From: Octopus vulgaris
Taxonomy: Eukaryota
Assembly (NCBI GenBank): GCA_951406725.2
Contig: OX597815.1
Location: 137,206,001 to 137,270,000, forward strand
Length of the DNA: 64,000 nt
Reading direction: 5' to 3'
Under the pieces are notes generated by a model. It ran no database searches, was not told the origin of the DNA, and saw only the letters and a list, made by a program, of their open reading frames with translations. Positions within the stretch are counted from its first letter, which is position 1. Each line of letters begins with the position of its first letter. Both the position numbers and the translations under genes were made by a program. Of this stretch, positions 40,941 through 52,815 are shown piece after piece.

Positions 40941-41897
40941 TTGTCTGTACGTTCTGAGTTCAAATTCCACCGATGTCGACTTTGCCTTTCAGGCTCGATT
41001 AAATTGAGTACCAGTATCGTATTGGAGTCGATCTAATCGACTGGCCCCCTCTCCCAAAATTTCGGGCCTTCTGGTATTACTATTATTTTTATTTCGCTTC
41101 CCCTGAATATATGAGCATCGAAAAATACCCTTTTCGCATATTAGGTATGATAGGTGAAGTGGCATTCACTTCCGTTGAAGTGGTGTTCCTCATTTATTTC
41201 AACAATACATAATTGTATAAGACTTGTGTAAATGATCGATAGGGATGGTACTGAAACAAGTGTAGCAACTACAGCACTCATGTAATACAGGTTTCAAATT
41301 TTGGCATTGTGCCAGCAATTTAGGGTGATGGGATAAATCGATTACATTAACTCCATGCTCATCTGTTACTTATTTTATCGACCCCGGAAAGATAAAAAGC
41401 ATAGGAGACCTCACTAACGTTTGAACTCAGAACGTAAAGTCAGACGAATTGCCGCTTAGCATTTCGCCCGGCGTGCCAACGTTTCTGCCAGATCGCCGTC
41501 TTCATACTAATGTGAGTAATATCTTCATCATCTTTTACGTCTCTCCTCGAAAATAGAAAATACAAGCCAATTTATTTTTACAGTGATATGTTCTGCATAT
41601 TCTCTGCCAATCGACTACCTTAAATACCAATCTCAACGTGTAGATAGCTGGGAATTTGCATTTAATGGGCATAAGGAATATGCCGAAATTTTACTAAATC
41701 CAATTTTAAACTATGTATAATTACGTATATGCAAATTCAAACGTCTAATACACAAATACACATACGGTCTCGGTATGTCTGTGTGTAAATGCACACAAAG
41801 GCATATGTATGTGCATATATTTGTGTGTGTGTTTGTGTCTGTGTGTGTGCGTGTGTGTATACGAATATATATGCAAAAGCACACACACATATGTGTG

Positions 41898-41942
<45 letters not shown>

Positions 41943-42548
41943 CTCACTTTCCTTCCACTTTTCACTTCACTGTGTCCCTGTCATTTTCTCTCGCGCCTCC
42001 TTAATTCTTCTGTCCCTCTGCATCTACTTCTCTCTCTTCTCATCCCACGAGACCGATCGGCCAGCCTGCTCTTCCTTTTTGGTCTGACCATGGTCCGTGC
42101 AACATCGATATTCTTCCCTGTGTTTGTGAAATTCATGTATCTCTGCCGTAAGGCTTCATTTCCACACGCGCCAGCTTAGTTCAATTCGTCCTTAGTCGAA
42201 AGACACCTGTTGTTATGTTGTTATGTCATGTTGTTATGTCCTGTTATTATTTTTATGTATTTTTTAATGTATTTATATTTGTGTAACATTGTCCGTTTTA
42301 TCCGCCCTTGTTTTTGATTACATTCGCTGCTTTCTTCCAAGCAATCTAATACTCTAAGTTTTTTAGGAGGCTGGCCAGATTGGAACTATCTCAAGAATAA
42401 TCAGCCGAAATGGCGAGGATGATCTGGTTCTTGACTGAAGATAGAAAACTTCGAATGACACGCCTTGTTTTCTTTGTATCGTCTTTCTGGATGTTTTGTT
42501 GTCCCCTAGTTGTCTGGATGTTTTGCGTTCTTGTCCCATTTTGTATTT

Positions 42549-42589
<41 letters not shown>

Positions 42590-42898
42590 TATATATATAC
42601 ATAGGAAGTTTGCTTCCTAGCCACATACTTCCGAGTTCAGTGACTTCTGTTATAGCCTCGGGCCGACCGAAGACTTGTGTGTGGATTTGGTAGACGGAAA
42701 CTGGATTTTATCTGTTTCACTCCCTGTTTCGATCTTTATTCGCATTTATAGCAGCTCAAGGTGCTAACCGTGAGCTTTAAAATAGTTTTTTCAGCGTATC
42801 GAACTTCGATATGGGAATAGCTTAATACTTTTGATGCCAATAAATTATAATTTTTCCCAAACTTGCTACATATATGTATATATATATATGTATATATA

Positions 42899-43497
42899 GA
42901 ATTAGGGCTTAGTAAAATAAATTACTTTGCCACATACTGAACTTAGTAGAAATAGCAGCCAAAAAAAAAAAAATTTTCTTAGCATTTCTACTACTTAAAG
43001 AAAATTTCTCTCAGATAATGTTTACTCCAGACAGCTCACGAAGGTTTGGAGGTAAATACAGAAAAATATCACAAGTACATAGATCGTTTGAGTACGTCAA
43101 CGTTTCAAGATTAGCCAAATAAAATCAGCATTTCTTTCGTCAGCTCAAAATTTCTTAATTTGGATTTGGAAACACTAAAAAGAAGGAACTTTACCTATCA
43201 GCGTACTTGTCGCTTCAGATGAACCACTCCAACTAACAGTGTCAACAAATTCAAAATGCGCAGGCGTAAATCTCTGCACTCCCCATTCCACCCACGTAGT
43301 AGTAGAAATGCTAAGAAAATTTTTTTTGGCTGCTATTTCTACTAAGTTCAGTATGTGGCAAAGTAATTTATTTTATTTTACTAAGCCCTAATTATATAAT
43401 GTAATATTTTGAATTCGCCTTAAATGGTCCTTTTACATACTGAACACTTGGTGAAATTGATTAATTAATTAATTTTACCCTCAATTGTTGATATTAT
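42899..43497 (-). mobile_element. Non-autonomous HHR element (family E) with inverted arm
   Basis: 42899-42995 inverted at 43297-43393; right arm extends to 43497; both ends in (TA)n; shares its 3' motif with family D. Confidence 0.85.
43087..43149 (-). ncRNA. Type I hammerhead (family E), canonical
   Basis: UUUGAG-CUGACGA-AAGA[22 nt]UCUU-GAAA-CGU-UG-ACG-UA-CUCAAA. Confidence 0.88.
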
Positions 43498-43498
43498 G

Positions 43499-43537
<39 letters not shown>

Positions 43538-43671
43538 ATGTATATGCATATGTACATGTATGTATGTATATATATGTATGTACATATATATTAAATATAT
43601 GCATATGCATATATATACGTATATGTATATGTATATATATATGTATATATTTATACGTATATATATATATG

Positions 43672-43726
<55 letters not shown>

Positions 43727-43763
43727 GCCTATATATATATGTCTATATATATATACATATACA

Positions 43764-43830
<67 letters not shown>

Positions 43831-43920
43831 GGAGAGTTTACGACAAAAACAAAGACGAAGACAGGTGGTGTACAAAACAAACACAGATGTATTAGTATAA
43901 CGCTCAGGAATAGAAAGAGT

Positions 43921-43956
43921 CTTATACGTTTCGAGCCTACGCTCGTCTACAGAAAG
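43921..43956 (-). ncRNA. Minimal hammerhead variant (family A)
   Basis: CUUU-CUGUAGA-C-GAGC-GUAG-GCUC-GAAA-CG-UA-UAAG. Confidence 0.5.
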
Positions 43957-44031
43957 GGACACAGAAAAAAACAAGGAAGAAACAAAGAGAGAAGAAAATG
44001 TGTGTAGTGGCTAACGATCTATCATGGCGAC

Positions 44032-44090
<59 letters not shown>

Positions 44091-44383
44091 CATATATATG
44101 CACAATGAAAGATATTATAACTCTGAGCGTCTAGAACTTTGGGTTGATATCTAAATACCTTTTACTTCATACTCCTGTTCATTGTAAGATATTCCTTTAA
44201 CAAGGATAACTTCGGTGCAAAATTTTATATTTTATATTTTTACATCCTAAAATCATTGAAGCGTCCCTCCAAATACATTTTCACCATCATTACACTATAT
44301 TTCAAAAGTTAACATTTTCAGATAAGATTTGGTACATTCGCTGTGTAAGCGCGTGTGTGTACGTGTACGCACGAGTGTGTGTG

Positions 44384-44428
<45 letters not shown>

Positions 44429-44745
44429 ATGCGTGCGTACGTGTGTGTGTCTGTGTATGTGCCTGTGTCTGAATGAGTATGTTTGAATGTGAGACCCTGA
44501 TTTATCGACTAAAACTTGTTTGTGCTTCGAAACACAATGACAGATACGCCACATATCCCATTAATTATAAGCTTTTGGAATTATTATTATCATGATTATT
44601 ATTATTATTATTAATATTATTATTATTATCATTATTATTATTATTATTGTTATTATTATTATAATTCCTATGCCCACAGGCATATGGCGTAGTGGTTAAG
44701 AGCGCGGGCTACTAGCCCCAAGAAATCGATTCCAGGCAGTGACCG

Positions 44746-44797
<52 letters not shown>

Positions 44798-44822
44798 TAT
44801 GATGATGATGATGATGATGATA

Positions 44823-45194
44823 ATGACTGAAGCAAGTAAAAGAATAATATATATAGTAAAGACCCCATTTCCCCTTTGGACATGGATGACTATGGAATTA
44901 CACGTAGAAACTTATCCTCCGATGTACAAGTCCGGGCAAGGTTCTTTATGAAAGTCCAGCAGTCATCCATGCATAACAGCGTCCACTCTCCACGCGACCG
45001 ATGTTATCCAAGACAAAGGCAAATGCCGACGCAGCTTGGTACCAGTAACTCATTTCTGATGAGTGAACTGGAGCAGCGTGAGATAAAGTGTCCTGCACAA
45101 TAACACAACACAGCCCGAATTGATTACTTCACGATTGTGAGCACGACGATCGAACCACTAAGCCATGCATCTTTAAATATATATATATATATTA

Positions 45195-45280
<86 letters not shown>

Positions 45281-45457
45281 CTAAAGCAAGTAAAAGGATA
45301 ATATATATAGTAAAGACCCCATTCCCTCTTCGGACATGGACGACTATGGGATTACACGTTGAAACTTACCCCGCGAAGTACAAGTCCGGGCAGGGATCTT
45401 TATGAAAGTCCAGCAGTCATCCATACATAACAGCCTCCACTCTCCACGCGACCGATG

Positions 45458-45460
<3 letters not shown>
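44823..45460 (-). mobile_element. Tandemly duplicated SINE-like segment; second copy cut at the Penelope insertion
   Basis: 44823-45006 is similar to 45277-45460; tRNA-like head near 45100-45170. Confidence 0.65.
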
Positions 45461-45500
<40 letters not shown>

Positions 45501-45629
45501 TAAAAAGAATTCCAACCTTGTCTGATTTTCACGTTTTATTTACAATCTTATAATGATATATTATAAGATAATATATTATAATTGAGTAAAATAAAATGAA
45601 ATAGTAGAATGTTAAATATTCATTCTGAT

Positions 45630-45674
45630 TGAACTAGTACTTTCATGCATTGAATTCTGCAATCTTCGGGTTCA
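45630..45674 (-). ncRNA. Minimal hammerhead in Penelope pLTR (left arm)
   Basis: Mirror of 50454-50498. Confidence 0.8.
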
Positions 45675-46168
45675 TGTAGTAGTGTTGACAGTCATGCTTC
45701 ACAATTTTTGACTGTAGCAAGATGAGTGATTCTGTGCTATAAATACAGCTGGGTAGGCTCCAGAGTGCTAGGTTTTGCAAACTGTATTCTGACCAATCAG
45801 TGTGTAGTATCACTCAATTACTTAAGCTGATTGGTTGGTTGAGCTGATTGGTTTAGGCATCACGCTTTGTTGGACAGGTCAAGAGTCCTGTATCTTGACC
45901 CTGGCCGAAGCAGCAATTGTTGGGTTATTTTTAGAAATGTTGTAAATATCCTTTGTCAGAGATTTTTATATTTTTATATTTCAATTGTCATCATCATCAT
46001 TGTCAGCACCTTAATTATTGTTGCTAGTGGTGATGGTGGTGGCAATAGAACTTTTAACCCTAAATAAGATAATTTTCCTGCTATCTTCGTCTTGATCACC
46101 TTTAGTATTGTTGTTGTTGTTAGTGGTCATGGTCGTAGCAGTGGAAGTAATACCTCTAAGTATTATTA

Positions 46169-48262
46169 TTATTGCTTATTTAGCTTGGGTTCGAATTTAT
46201 CAATAAAATTCTTTTCTCTGATTTTCCTCTCGATTTCACTTGGGCTGTGTAATTTGTAGAATGGAAATATTATATATATTTTCCGACCACATGTTGCTAG
46301 GTGGTTACTCAAAGGTATCTGACGGACCTCTGGGTCTCTAATCTGTTGCCGGTGTACACGTGAGCGTTCTAATAGTGCGTTTCCCGTCTGACCTACATAT
46401 ATTTCTTCACAATTTGGGCATTTGATGCAGTAAATTAAATTTCTGCTTTTGCAGTTCATATTCGCGTTTGTGAATATTTTCCCGGTTTTTGTGTTTATAT
46501 ATTGACCGGTATGTATGAATTGGCATGTGCCACATCGGCTATCATTGCATTTAGATACCGTGAATGTTTGGTCTTTGTTGCTGAGGTCAAATTTTGCCTT
46601 TGTTAGTAATGTTTTCAAGTTTTTAGGCTGTCTTTTACTAAGCACCATAGCTCGATCCTTGATTATGTCTTTTAATTCATTACTTTGGGCAATGATTGGA
46701 AGGTTTGCTTTGGCAATGTTGAAGATATTCTGGTGACATGGGTTGTGTGTCACTATGAATGGTATGACTTGTTCTTGTTTTCCTCTTCCTTGGGTTGTCC
46801 TAAGTTGTTGTATAGGTATTTTTATAGCCCGCTGTATGCCATTTTCTATAAGTAGAGATGGGTATTTTTGTTTGAGCAAAAATTCTCTTAGTTCTATTAG
46901 GCGTTTGTTCCTGATATTTGCATCTTCTACAATAGTACAAATTCTTCTGGCTAGGCAGTATGGGATGTTACGTTTTGTATGTGGTGGATGGCACGACTTA
47001 AAATTTAGGTATTGATGTGTGTCTGTGTGTTTATAGTATATATCTGTGGTGATGGTGGTGTCATTTTTAATTACCATTATATCCAGGAATGGTAATTTGG
47101 TACTACTCATCTCCTTTGTAAATTTGAGAGATGGGTGTAGGTTGTTCAGGAGGATATTGAACTCTTCCAGAGTATTTAGAGATTCTGTCCAGATTATGAA
47201 ACAGTCGTCTAGGTATCTCTTCCATGCCTTTTCAATATACTTTCTAAATCCAGTGCCATAGTTTACCTCCACCTCTTGGTAGAGTTGTTCTTCTAAGTAT
47301 CCCATTACAGAGTTGGCGTAAACGGGAGCAAACCTCGTTCCCATCGCCGTGCCTCTAATTTGGATGTAATTCTTTCCATTGAAGAAGAATGTGTTATTTT
47401 CTAGAATAAGTTTGACTGTGTCTAATATAAATGCCACTGTGAATCTGCTGGGAATCACTTCTCTATGTTTTTCTAACCAGTATTTAATCGCCTTTATTCC
47501 TAAATCGTGTGGAATATTGGTGTAGAGGCTTACCACATCAAAACTTAGCAAAACTGAATTTGTTTCTGTTGTTTTGGGAAGATGGGACAGGAAGTCGATG
47601 TCATCCCTGATGAAACTTGGTATGTAAGTACATAGTGGTTTCAAAACAATGTCAATAAAATTGCTTAGACGGTGTGTAGGGCATGCTGGACCAGCTATAA
47701 TAGGTCTAAGTTTTAGGTCTTTTGGATGTAATAATTTTATGTACTCACTTTCTTGTTCTTTTACTGCCTGTTGAATGTTTTTTGATTTGTGTATTTTTGG
47801 TAAGCCGTAGAAGTTGCTGGGTTTTGGTTCAAAATTGGTGATGTAGTCTTTTTCATTATCCGTAAGTGAGTTGTGGTGTGTTGAAATCAGGTTGTTGATC
47901 TTTTTCATGATGTGGTGGTCTATATTTGCGGGTATTTCACAATAGAAGGTTGTATCCTTCAGTTGGTCTTCAACCAAATCCTTATAGTATTCGGTATCCA
48001 TAATAACAATTGCACCACCTTTATCTGCTTGTTTAATTATTATTGTTTGATCGTTTTGTATACGTTTACATGCAGACATCTCTGATTTGCTAATGTTTGG
48101 CCTAACATTGGTATTGCGTCTAAGGGGAAATTTAGACAGGATATCAATGTATTGGTCAAGGTAGTTATTTCTTCCTTTTGGTGGGGTGAAATTTGATTTA
48201 TTCCTTACTAGGGATTCATCAATCTCATTACTTTTGTTAGCGAAGAATTCTACACAACTCAC
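46169..48262 (-). CDS. Penelope-like reverse transcriptase plus GIY-YIG endonuclease (5'-truncated, frame open)
   Basis: IKQADKGGAIV, FYGLPKIHK, LRPII, FDVVSLYTNI, GTAMGT, RYLDDCF, LPFLD, DIYYKHTDTHQYL, CNDSRCGTC linker, NLIYCIKCPNCEEIYVGQTG, FEPKLN; the called start lies at the inversion junction and is not the native start. Confidence 0.95.
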   Translation of the reverse strand: MSCVEFFANKSNEIDESLVRNKSNFTPPKGRNNYLDQYIDILSKFPLRRNTNVRPNISKSEMSACKRIQNDQTIIIKQADKGGAIVIMDTEYYKDLVEDQLKDTTFYCEIPANIDHHIMKKINNLISTHHNSLTDNEKDYITNFEPKPSNFYGLPKIHKSKNIQQAVKEQESEYIKLLHPKDLKLRPIIAGPACPTHRLSNFIDIVLKPLCTYIPSFIRDDIDFLSHLPKTTETNSVLLSFDVVSLYTNIPHDLGIKAIKYWLEKHREVIPSRFTVAFILDTVKLILENNTFFFNGKNYIQIRGTAMGTRFAPVYANSVMGYLEEQLYQEVEVNYGTGFRKYIEKAWKRYLDDCFIIWTESLNTLEEFNILLNNLHPSLKFTKEMSSTKLPFLDIMVIKNDTTITTDIYYKHTDTHQYLNFKSCHPPHTKRNIPYCLARRICTIVEDANIRNKRLIELREFLLKQKYPSLLIENGIQRAIKIPIQQLRTTQGRGKQEQVIPFIVTHNPCHQNIFNIAKANLPIIAQSNELKDIIKDRAMVLSKRQPKNLKTLLTKAKFDLSNKDQTFTVSKCNDSRCGTCQFIHTGQYINTKTGKIFTNANMNCKSRNLIYCIKCPNCEEIYVGQTGNALLERSRVHRQQIRDPEVRQIPLSNHLATCGRKIYIIFPFYKLHSPSEIERKIREKNFIDKFEPKLNKQ

Positions 48263-49959
48263 TTACGGATAATGAAAAAGACTACATCACCAATTTTGAA
48301 CCAAAACCCAGCAACTTCTACGGCTTACCAAAAATACACAAATCAAAAAACATTCAACAGGCAGTAAAAGAACAAGAAAGTGAGTACATAAAATTATTAC
48401 ATCCAAAAGACCTAAAACTTAGACCTATTATAGCTGGTCCAGCATGCCCTACACACCGTCTAAGCAATTTTATTGACATTGTTTTGAAACCACTATGTAC
48501 TTACATACCAAGTTTCATCAGGGATGACATCGACTTCCTGTCCCATCTTCCCAAAACAACAGAAACAAATTCAGTTTTGCTAAGTTTTGATGTGGTAAGC
48601 CTCTACACCAATATTCCACACGATTTAGGAATAAAGGCGATTAAATACTGGTTAGAAAAACATAGAGAAGTGATTCCCAGCAGATTCACAGTGGCATTTA
48701 TATTAGACACAGTCAAACTTATTCTAGAAAATAACACATTCTTCTTCAATGGAAAGAATTACATCCAAATTAGAGGCACGGCGATGGGAACGAGGTTTGC
48801 TCCCGTTTACGCCAACTCTGTAATGGGATACTTAGAAGAACAACTCTACCAAGAGGTGGAGGTAAACTATGGCACTGGATTTAGAAAGTATATTGAAAAG
48901 GCATGGAAGAGATACCTAGACGACTGTTTCATAATCTGGACAGAATCTCTAAATACTCTGGAAGAGTTCAATATCCTCCTGAACAACCTACACCCATCTC
49001 TCAAATTTACAAAGGAGATGAGTAGTACCAAATTACCATTCCTGGATATAATGGTAATTAAAAATGACACCACCATCACCACAGATATATACTATAAACA
49101 CACAGACACACATCAATACCTAAATTTTAAGTCGTGCCATCCACCACATACAAAACGTAACATCCCATACTGCCTAGCCAGAAGAATTTGTACTATTGTA
49201 GAAGATGCAAATATCAGGAACAAACGCCTAATAGAACTAAGAGAATTTTTGCTCAAACAAAAATACCCATCTCTACTTATAGAAAATGGCATACAGCGGG
49301 CTATAAAAATACCTATACAACAACTTAGGACAACCCAAGGAAGAGGAAAACAAGAACAAGTCATACCATTCATAGTGACACACAACCCATGTCACCAGAA
49401 TATCTTCAACATTGCCAAAGCAAACCTTCCAATCATTGCCCAAAGTAATGAATTAAAAGACATAATCAAGGATCGAGCTATGGTGCTTAGTAAAAGACAG
49501 CCTAAAAACTTGAAAACATTACTAACAAAGGCAAAATTTGACCTCAGCAACAAAGACCAAACATTCACGGTATCTAAATGCAATGATAGCCGATGTGGCA
49601 CATGCCAATTCATACATACCGGTCAATATATAAACACAAAAACCGGGAAAATATTCACAAACGCGAATATGAACTGCAAAAGCAGAAATTTAATTTACTG
49701 CATCAAATGCCCAAATTGTGAAGAAATATATGTAGGTCAGACGGGAAACGCACTATTAGAACGCTCACGTGTACACCGGCAACAGATTAGAGACCCAGAG
49801 GTCCGTCAGATACCTTTGAGTAACCACCTAGCAACATGTGGTCGGAAAATATATATAATATTTCCATTCTACAAATTACACAGCCCAAGTGAAATCGAGA
49901 GGAAAATCAGAGAAAAGAATTTTATTGATAAATTCGAACCCAAGCTAAATAAGCAATAA
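48253..49959 (+). CDS. Inverted second copy of the Penelope-like ORF (more truncated)
   Basis: Frame open from the junction (HNSLTDNEKDY...); protein identical to the minus copy. Confidence 0.92.
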   Translation, partial: HNSLTDNEKDYITNFEPKPSNFYGLPKIHKSKNIQQAVKEQESEYIKLLHPKDLKLRPIIAGPACPTHRLSNFIDIVLKPLCTYIPSFIRDDIDFLSHLPKTTETNSVLLSFDVVSLYTNIPHDLGIKAIKYWLEKHREVIPSRFTVAFILDTVKLILENNTFFFNGKNYIQIRGTAMGTRFAPVYANSVMGYLEEQLYQEVEVNYGTGFRKYIEKAWKRYLDDCFIIWTESLNTLEEFNILLNNLHPSLKFTKEMSSTKLPFLDIMVIKNDTTITTDIYYKHTDTHQYLNFKSCHPPHTKRNIPYCLARRICTIVEDANIRNKRLIELREFLLKQKYPSLLIENGIQRAIKIPIQQLRTTQGRGKQEQVIPFIVTHNPCHQNIFNIAKANLPIIAQSNELKDIIKDRAMVLSKRQPKNLKTLLTKAKFDLSNKDQTFTVSKCNDSRCGTCQFIHTGQYINTKTGKIFTNANMNCKSRNLIYCIKCPNCEEIYVGQTGNALLERSRVHRQQIRDPEVRQIPLSNHLATCGRKIYIIFPFYKLHSPSEIERKIREKNFIDKFEPKLNKQ

Positions 49960-50276
49960 TAATAATACTTAGAGGTATTACTTCCACTGCTACGACCATG
50001 ACCACTAACAACAACAACAATACTAAAGGTGATCAAGACGAAGATAGCAGGAAAATTATCTTATTTAGGGTTAAAAGTTCTATTGCCACCACCATCACCA
50101 CTAGCAACAATAATTAAGGTGCTGACAATGATGATGATGACAATTGAAATATAAAAATATAAAAATCTCTGACAAAGGATATTTACAACATTTCTAAAAA
50201 TAACCCAACAATTGCTGCTTCGGCCAGGGTCAAGATACAGGACTCTTGACCTGTCCAACAAAGCGTGATGCCTAAA

Positions 50277-50391
50277 CCAATCAGCTCAACCAACCAATCA
50301 GCTTAAGTAATTGAGTGATACTACACACTGATTGGTCAGAATACAGTTTGCAAAACCTAGCACTCTGGAGCCTACCCAGCTGTATTTATAG
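50277..50391 (+). promoter_or_regulatory. Putative pLTR promoter: three CCAAT boxes and a TATA-like box upstream of the HHR
   Basis: ccaatcag (50277, 50294), ctgattgg (50328), tatttata (50383); mirrored at 45737-45851. Confidence 0.5.
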
Positions 50392-50453
50392 CACAGAATC
50401 ACTCATCTTGCTACAGTCAAAAATTGTGAAGCATGACTGTCAACACTACTACA

Positions 50454-50498
50454 TGAACCCGAAGATTGCAGAATTCAATGCATGAAAGTACTAGTTCA
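50454..50498 (+). ncRNA. Minimal hammerhead in Penelope pLTR (right arm), U4C variant
   Basis: UGAAC-CCGAAGA-U-UGCA-GAAUUCAA-UGCA-U-GAAA-GUAC-UA-GUUCA; palindromic helix III typical of dimer-active PLE HHRs. Confidence 0.8.
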
Positions 50499-50660
50499 AT
50501 CAGAATGAATATTTAACATTCTACTATTTCATTTTATTTTACTCAATTATAATATATTATCTTATAATATATCATTATAAGATTGTAAATAAAACGTGAA
50601 AATCAGACAAGGTTGGAATTCTTTTTATTAATATATTCTTCTATACACAATCACACACAC

Positions 50661-50703
<43 letters not shown>

Positions 50704-50988
50704 ATACTAATAAACAGGTGTAGAACTCAATAAACGTATGTTATATTTCTGAACGAAACGTTACTTGAGTACAGAGAAGTAATAAGGAAATAGACGACGC
50801 TGAAATAACGGATATTCTTTTGAACTTTATTAAGTACAGCTGCTGTTTCCACTCTAAGATATGGTAGACTCACTCCTGAGTGCCAGATGTTAGTCAGGCA
50901 CTCAATTATGAGTCCACCACATCTTATAGGGGTAACAGCTGTAAGCTAATGAATTTCTTAAAATAAACGTATATCACTTTGTCGTATC

Positions 50989-51031
<43 letters not shown>

Positions 51032-51675
51032 GTGCGTGTGTGTATACGACGGGCTTCTAGTTTCTAGTTACCACACAGCTGCGGTTACACGTATATATTC
51101 ATTTGCTTAATTACGTATGCTTGCATGCACAAGATGTTAGAAAATTTTCGTGTGATACCAAGGAGCGCATATAGCCTAACCAAAGTGGGTTAGGCTCTAC
51201 ACCATATCGAAGAAAACTACCCTAGGAGAAGGAGAAAAGCTTGAGATATATTGTTCATTGAGTTTGTAGAAAACTTTCGCACCAAATGTCTGCTATCAGC
51301 ATTTTCAAAGCGAGTGGCTGGTCCTGCGCCAGTTTTCACCATTGAAAACAAACTATTTGTGTGGATAATCTGTTATAATATTGGCCGTTGGAGACTAACA
51401 CATCGAAACGGACCGGAGATTGCACTATATAGAAAGATAGAGAGAGGTGGATAGAAAATGCGACAGACAGACACACAGACTCATAGTTAACAGATTGCGA
51501 AAATTAACTACTTTCGATCAAAATTGTTATATACATGTTAGATATTAATGAATCTCGTTATCGAAAAGAATAAGTATGAAGCATATTGTCTCCATCTACT
51601 TCAAGCCTATTTCAAATTTCCTGTTCTCATTTAATTCTTTGAAACATGTTATCTTTAATATACTCTCCATCAAAA

Positions 51676-51965
51676 GAGGCGGCGTGTTGATAGATTCGTT
51701 AGCACTCCGGGCGAAATGCTGCGCGGTATTTCATCCATCTACACTGAATTCAAATACCTATTTCTTTACTACCCACAAGGGGCTAAACACAGAGAGGACA
51801 AACAAGGACAGACAAATGGATTAAGTCGATTATATCGACCCCAGTGCGTGACTGGTACTTAGTTAATCTACCCCGAAAGGATGAAAGGCAAAGTCGACCT
51901 CGGCGGTATTTGAACTCAGAACGTAACGGCAGAGTTCAAATTCCGCCGAGGTCGACTTTGCCTTA
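51676..51965. mobile_element. Nin-like SINE inserted in reverse into a same-family SINE, creating a ~32-bp hairpin
   Basis: aaggcaaagtcgacctcggcggtatttgaactc / gagttcaaattccgccgaggtcgactttgcctt. Confidence 0.75.
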
Positions 51966-52572
51966 AAAATAACATACAAATGCATTCATATTTCACGTCT
52001 AATTTTATTGCCCCCTCCTTTTTCGGTTTTATTTTAATTATTCAGTTTAAATTTAAGTAACTATCTGTGTCACGAAGAATTTAAATAACACAATATTGAT
52101 CACAATAAACTGGACAAAACGTATTTTAATAGATTTATTCATTTATGTGTGTGTGCGTGAGTTTGTGCGTGTGTGTATGTGTCTGCATGTGTGTCAGTTT
52201 AGTGCAATTTAAAACAAATTAACAAACTGTGTCTGTATGTACGAGTGTGTTTTGTGTGTGTGTTTGCGTGTCTGTATGTGCGTGTGTGTATGTGTTGTGT
52301 GTGCGTTGCGTGTGTATCTGTGTGTGTTTGTGTCTGTCTGTGTGTTTGTGTGTGTGTCTGTCTGTGTTGTTTGTGCTTTGTGTGTGTGTGTATGTGTTAT
52401 AACGAATGAGAGTAATAGTACTCTTTAACTAGTCTAGAGTAGTGCTTCTCAAGCCAGGTGCCACCAACCCCTGGCGTTCTGTACTCTATAAATAAATTGC
52501 TCTATGCATATACCAGTAGTTTTTAATGGTGACCATTCTATGAGAAGAACATTGTATGAGATATTTAGTTAT

Positions 52573-52815
52573 ATTATTTACATTATTTACATTATTTACA
52601 TATGACGGATATTTGCCCTCATCTTGTTTGTTGTTAACACAACATTTCGGCTGATATACCATCCAGCATTCATAAGGTGTCTTGGAGAAATTTCGAACCT
52701 GGGTATATCAGCCGAAACGTTGTGTTAACAACAAACAAGATGAGGACAAATATCCGTCAAATGTAAACAATGTAAATAATGTACATAATTCCTCATTTCT
52801 TAAATATAGAACTGT
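52573..52815. mobile_element. Fold-back element with decayed hammerhead
   Basis: 52573-52660 inverted against 52702-52782; minus 52637-52680 reads ACAC-CUUAUGA-AUGCUG...CAGCC-GAAA-UG-UU-GUGU; the right arm has CAGCC-GAAA-CG-UU-GUGU. Confidence 0.75.

Larger units (their letters stand above)
45492..50662. mobile_element. Penelope-like element (probably Neptune clade): head-to-head inverted pair of 5'-truncated copies in (TA)n
   Basis: 45492-47875 is the reverse complement of 48253-50636 (ORF translations identical); 377-bp unique spacer 47876-48252; 3' UTR/pLTR with HHR at both ends. Confidence 0.95.

Noticed and set aside
42945-42960. TAGAAATAGCA resembling the Cas9 sgRNA scaffold
   Set aside because: Only a short coincidental match inside an endogenous repeat; the rest of the scaffold is absent
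44675-44745. tRNA-like sequence
   Set aside because: A and B boxes only, with a broken T arm and (AAT)n downstream; a SINE head rather than a tRNA gene
46515-47261. Antisense ORFs within the Penelope ORF (and their mirrors at 48867-49613)
   Set aside because: Shadow frames of the RT gene, duplicated only because of the inversion
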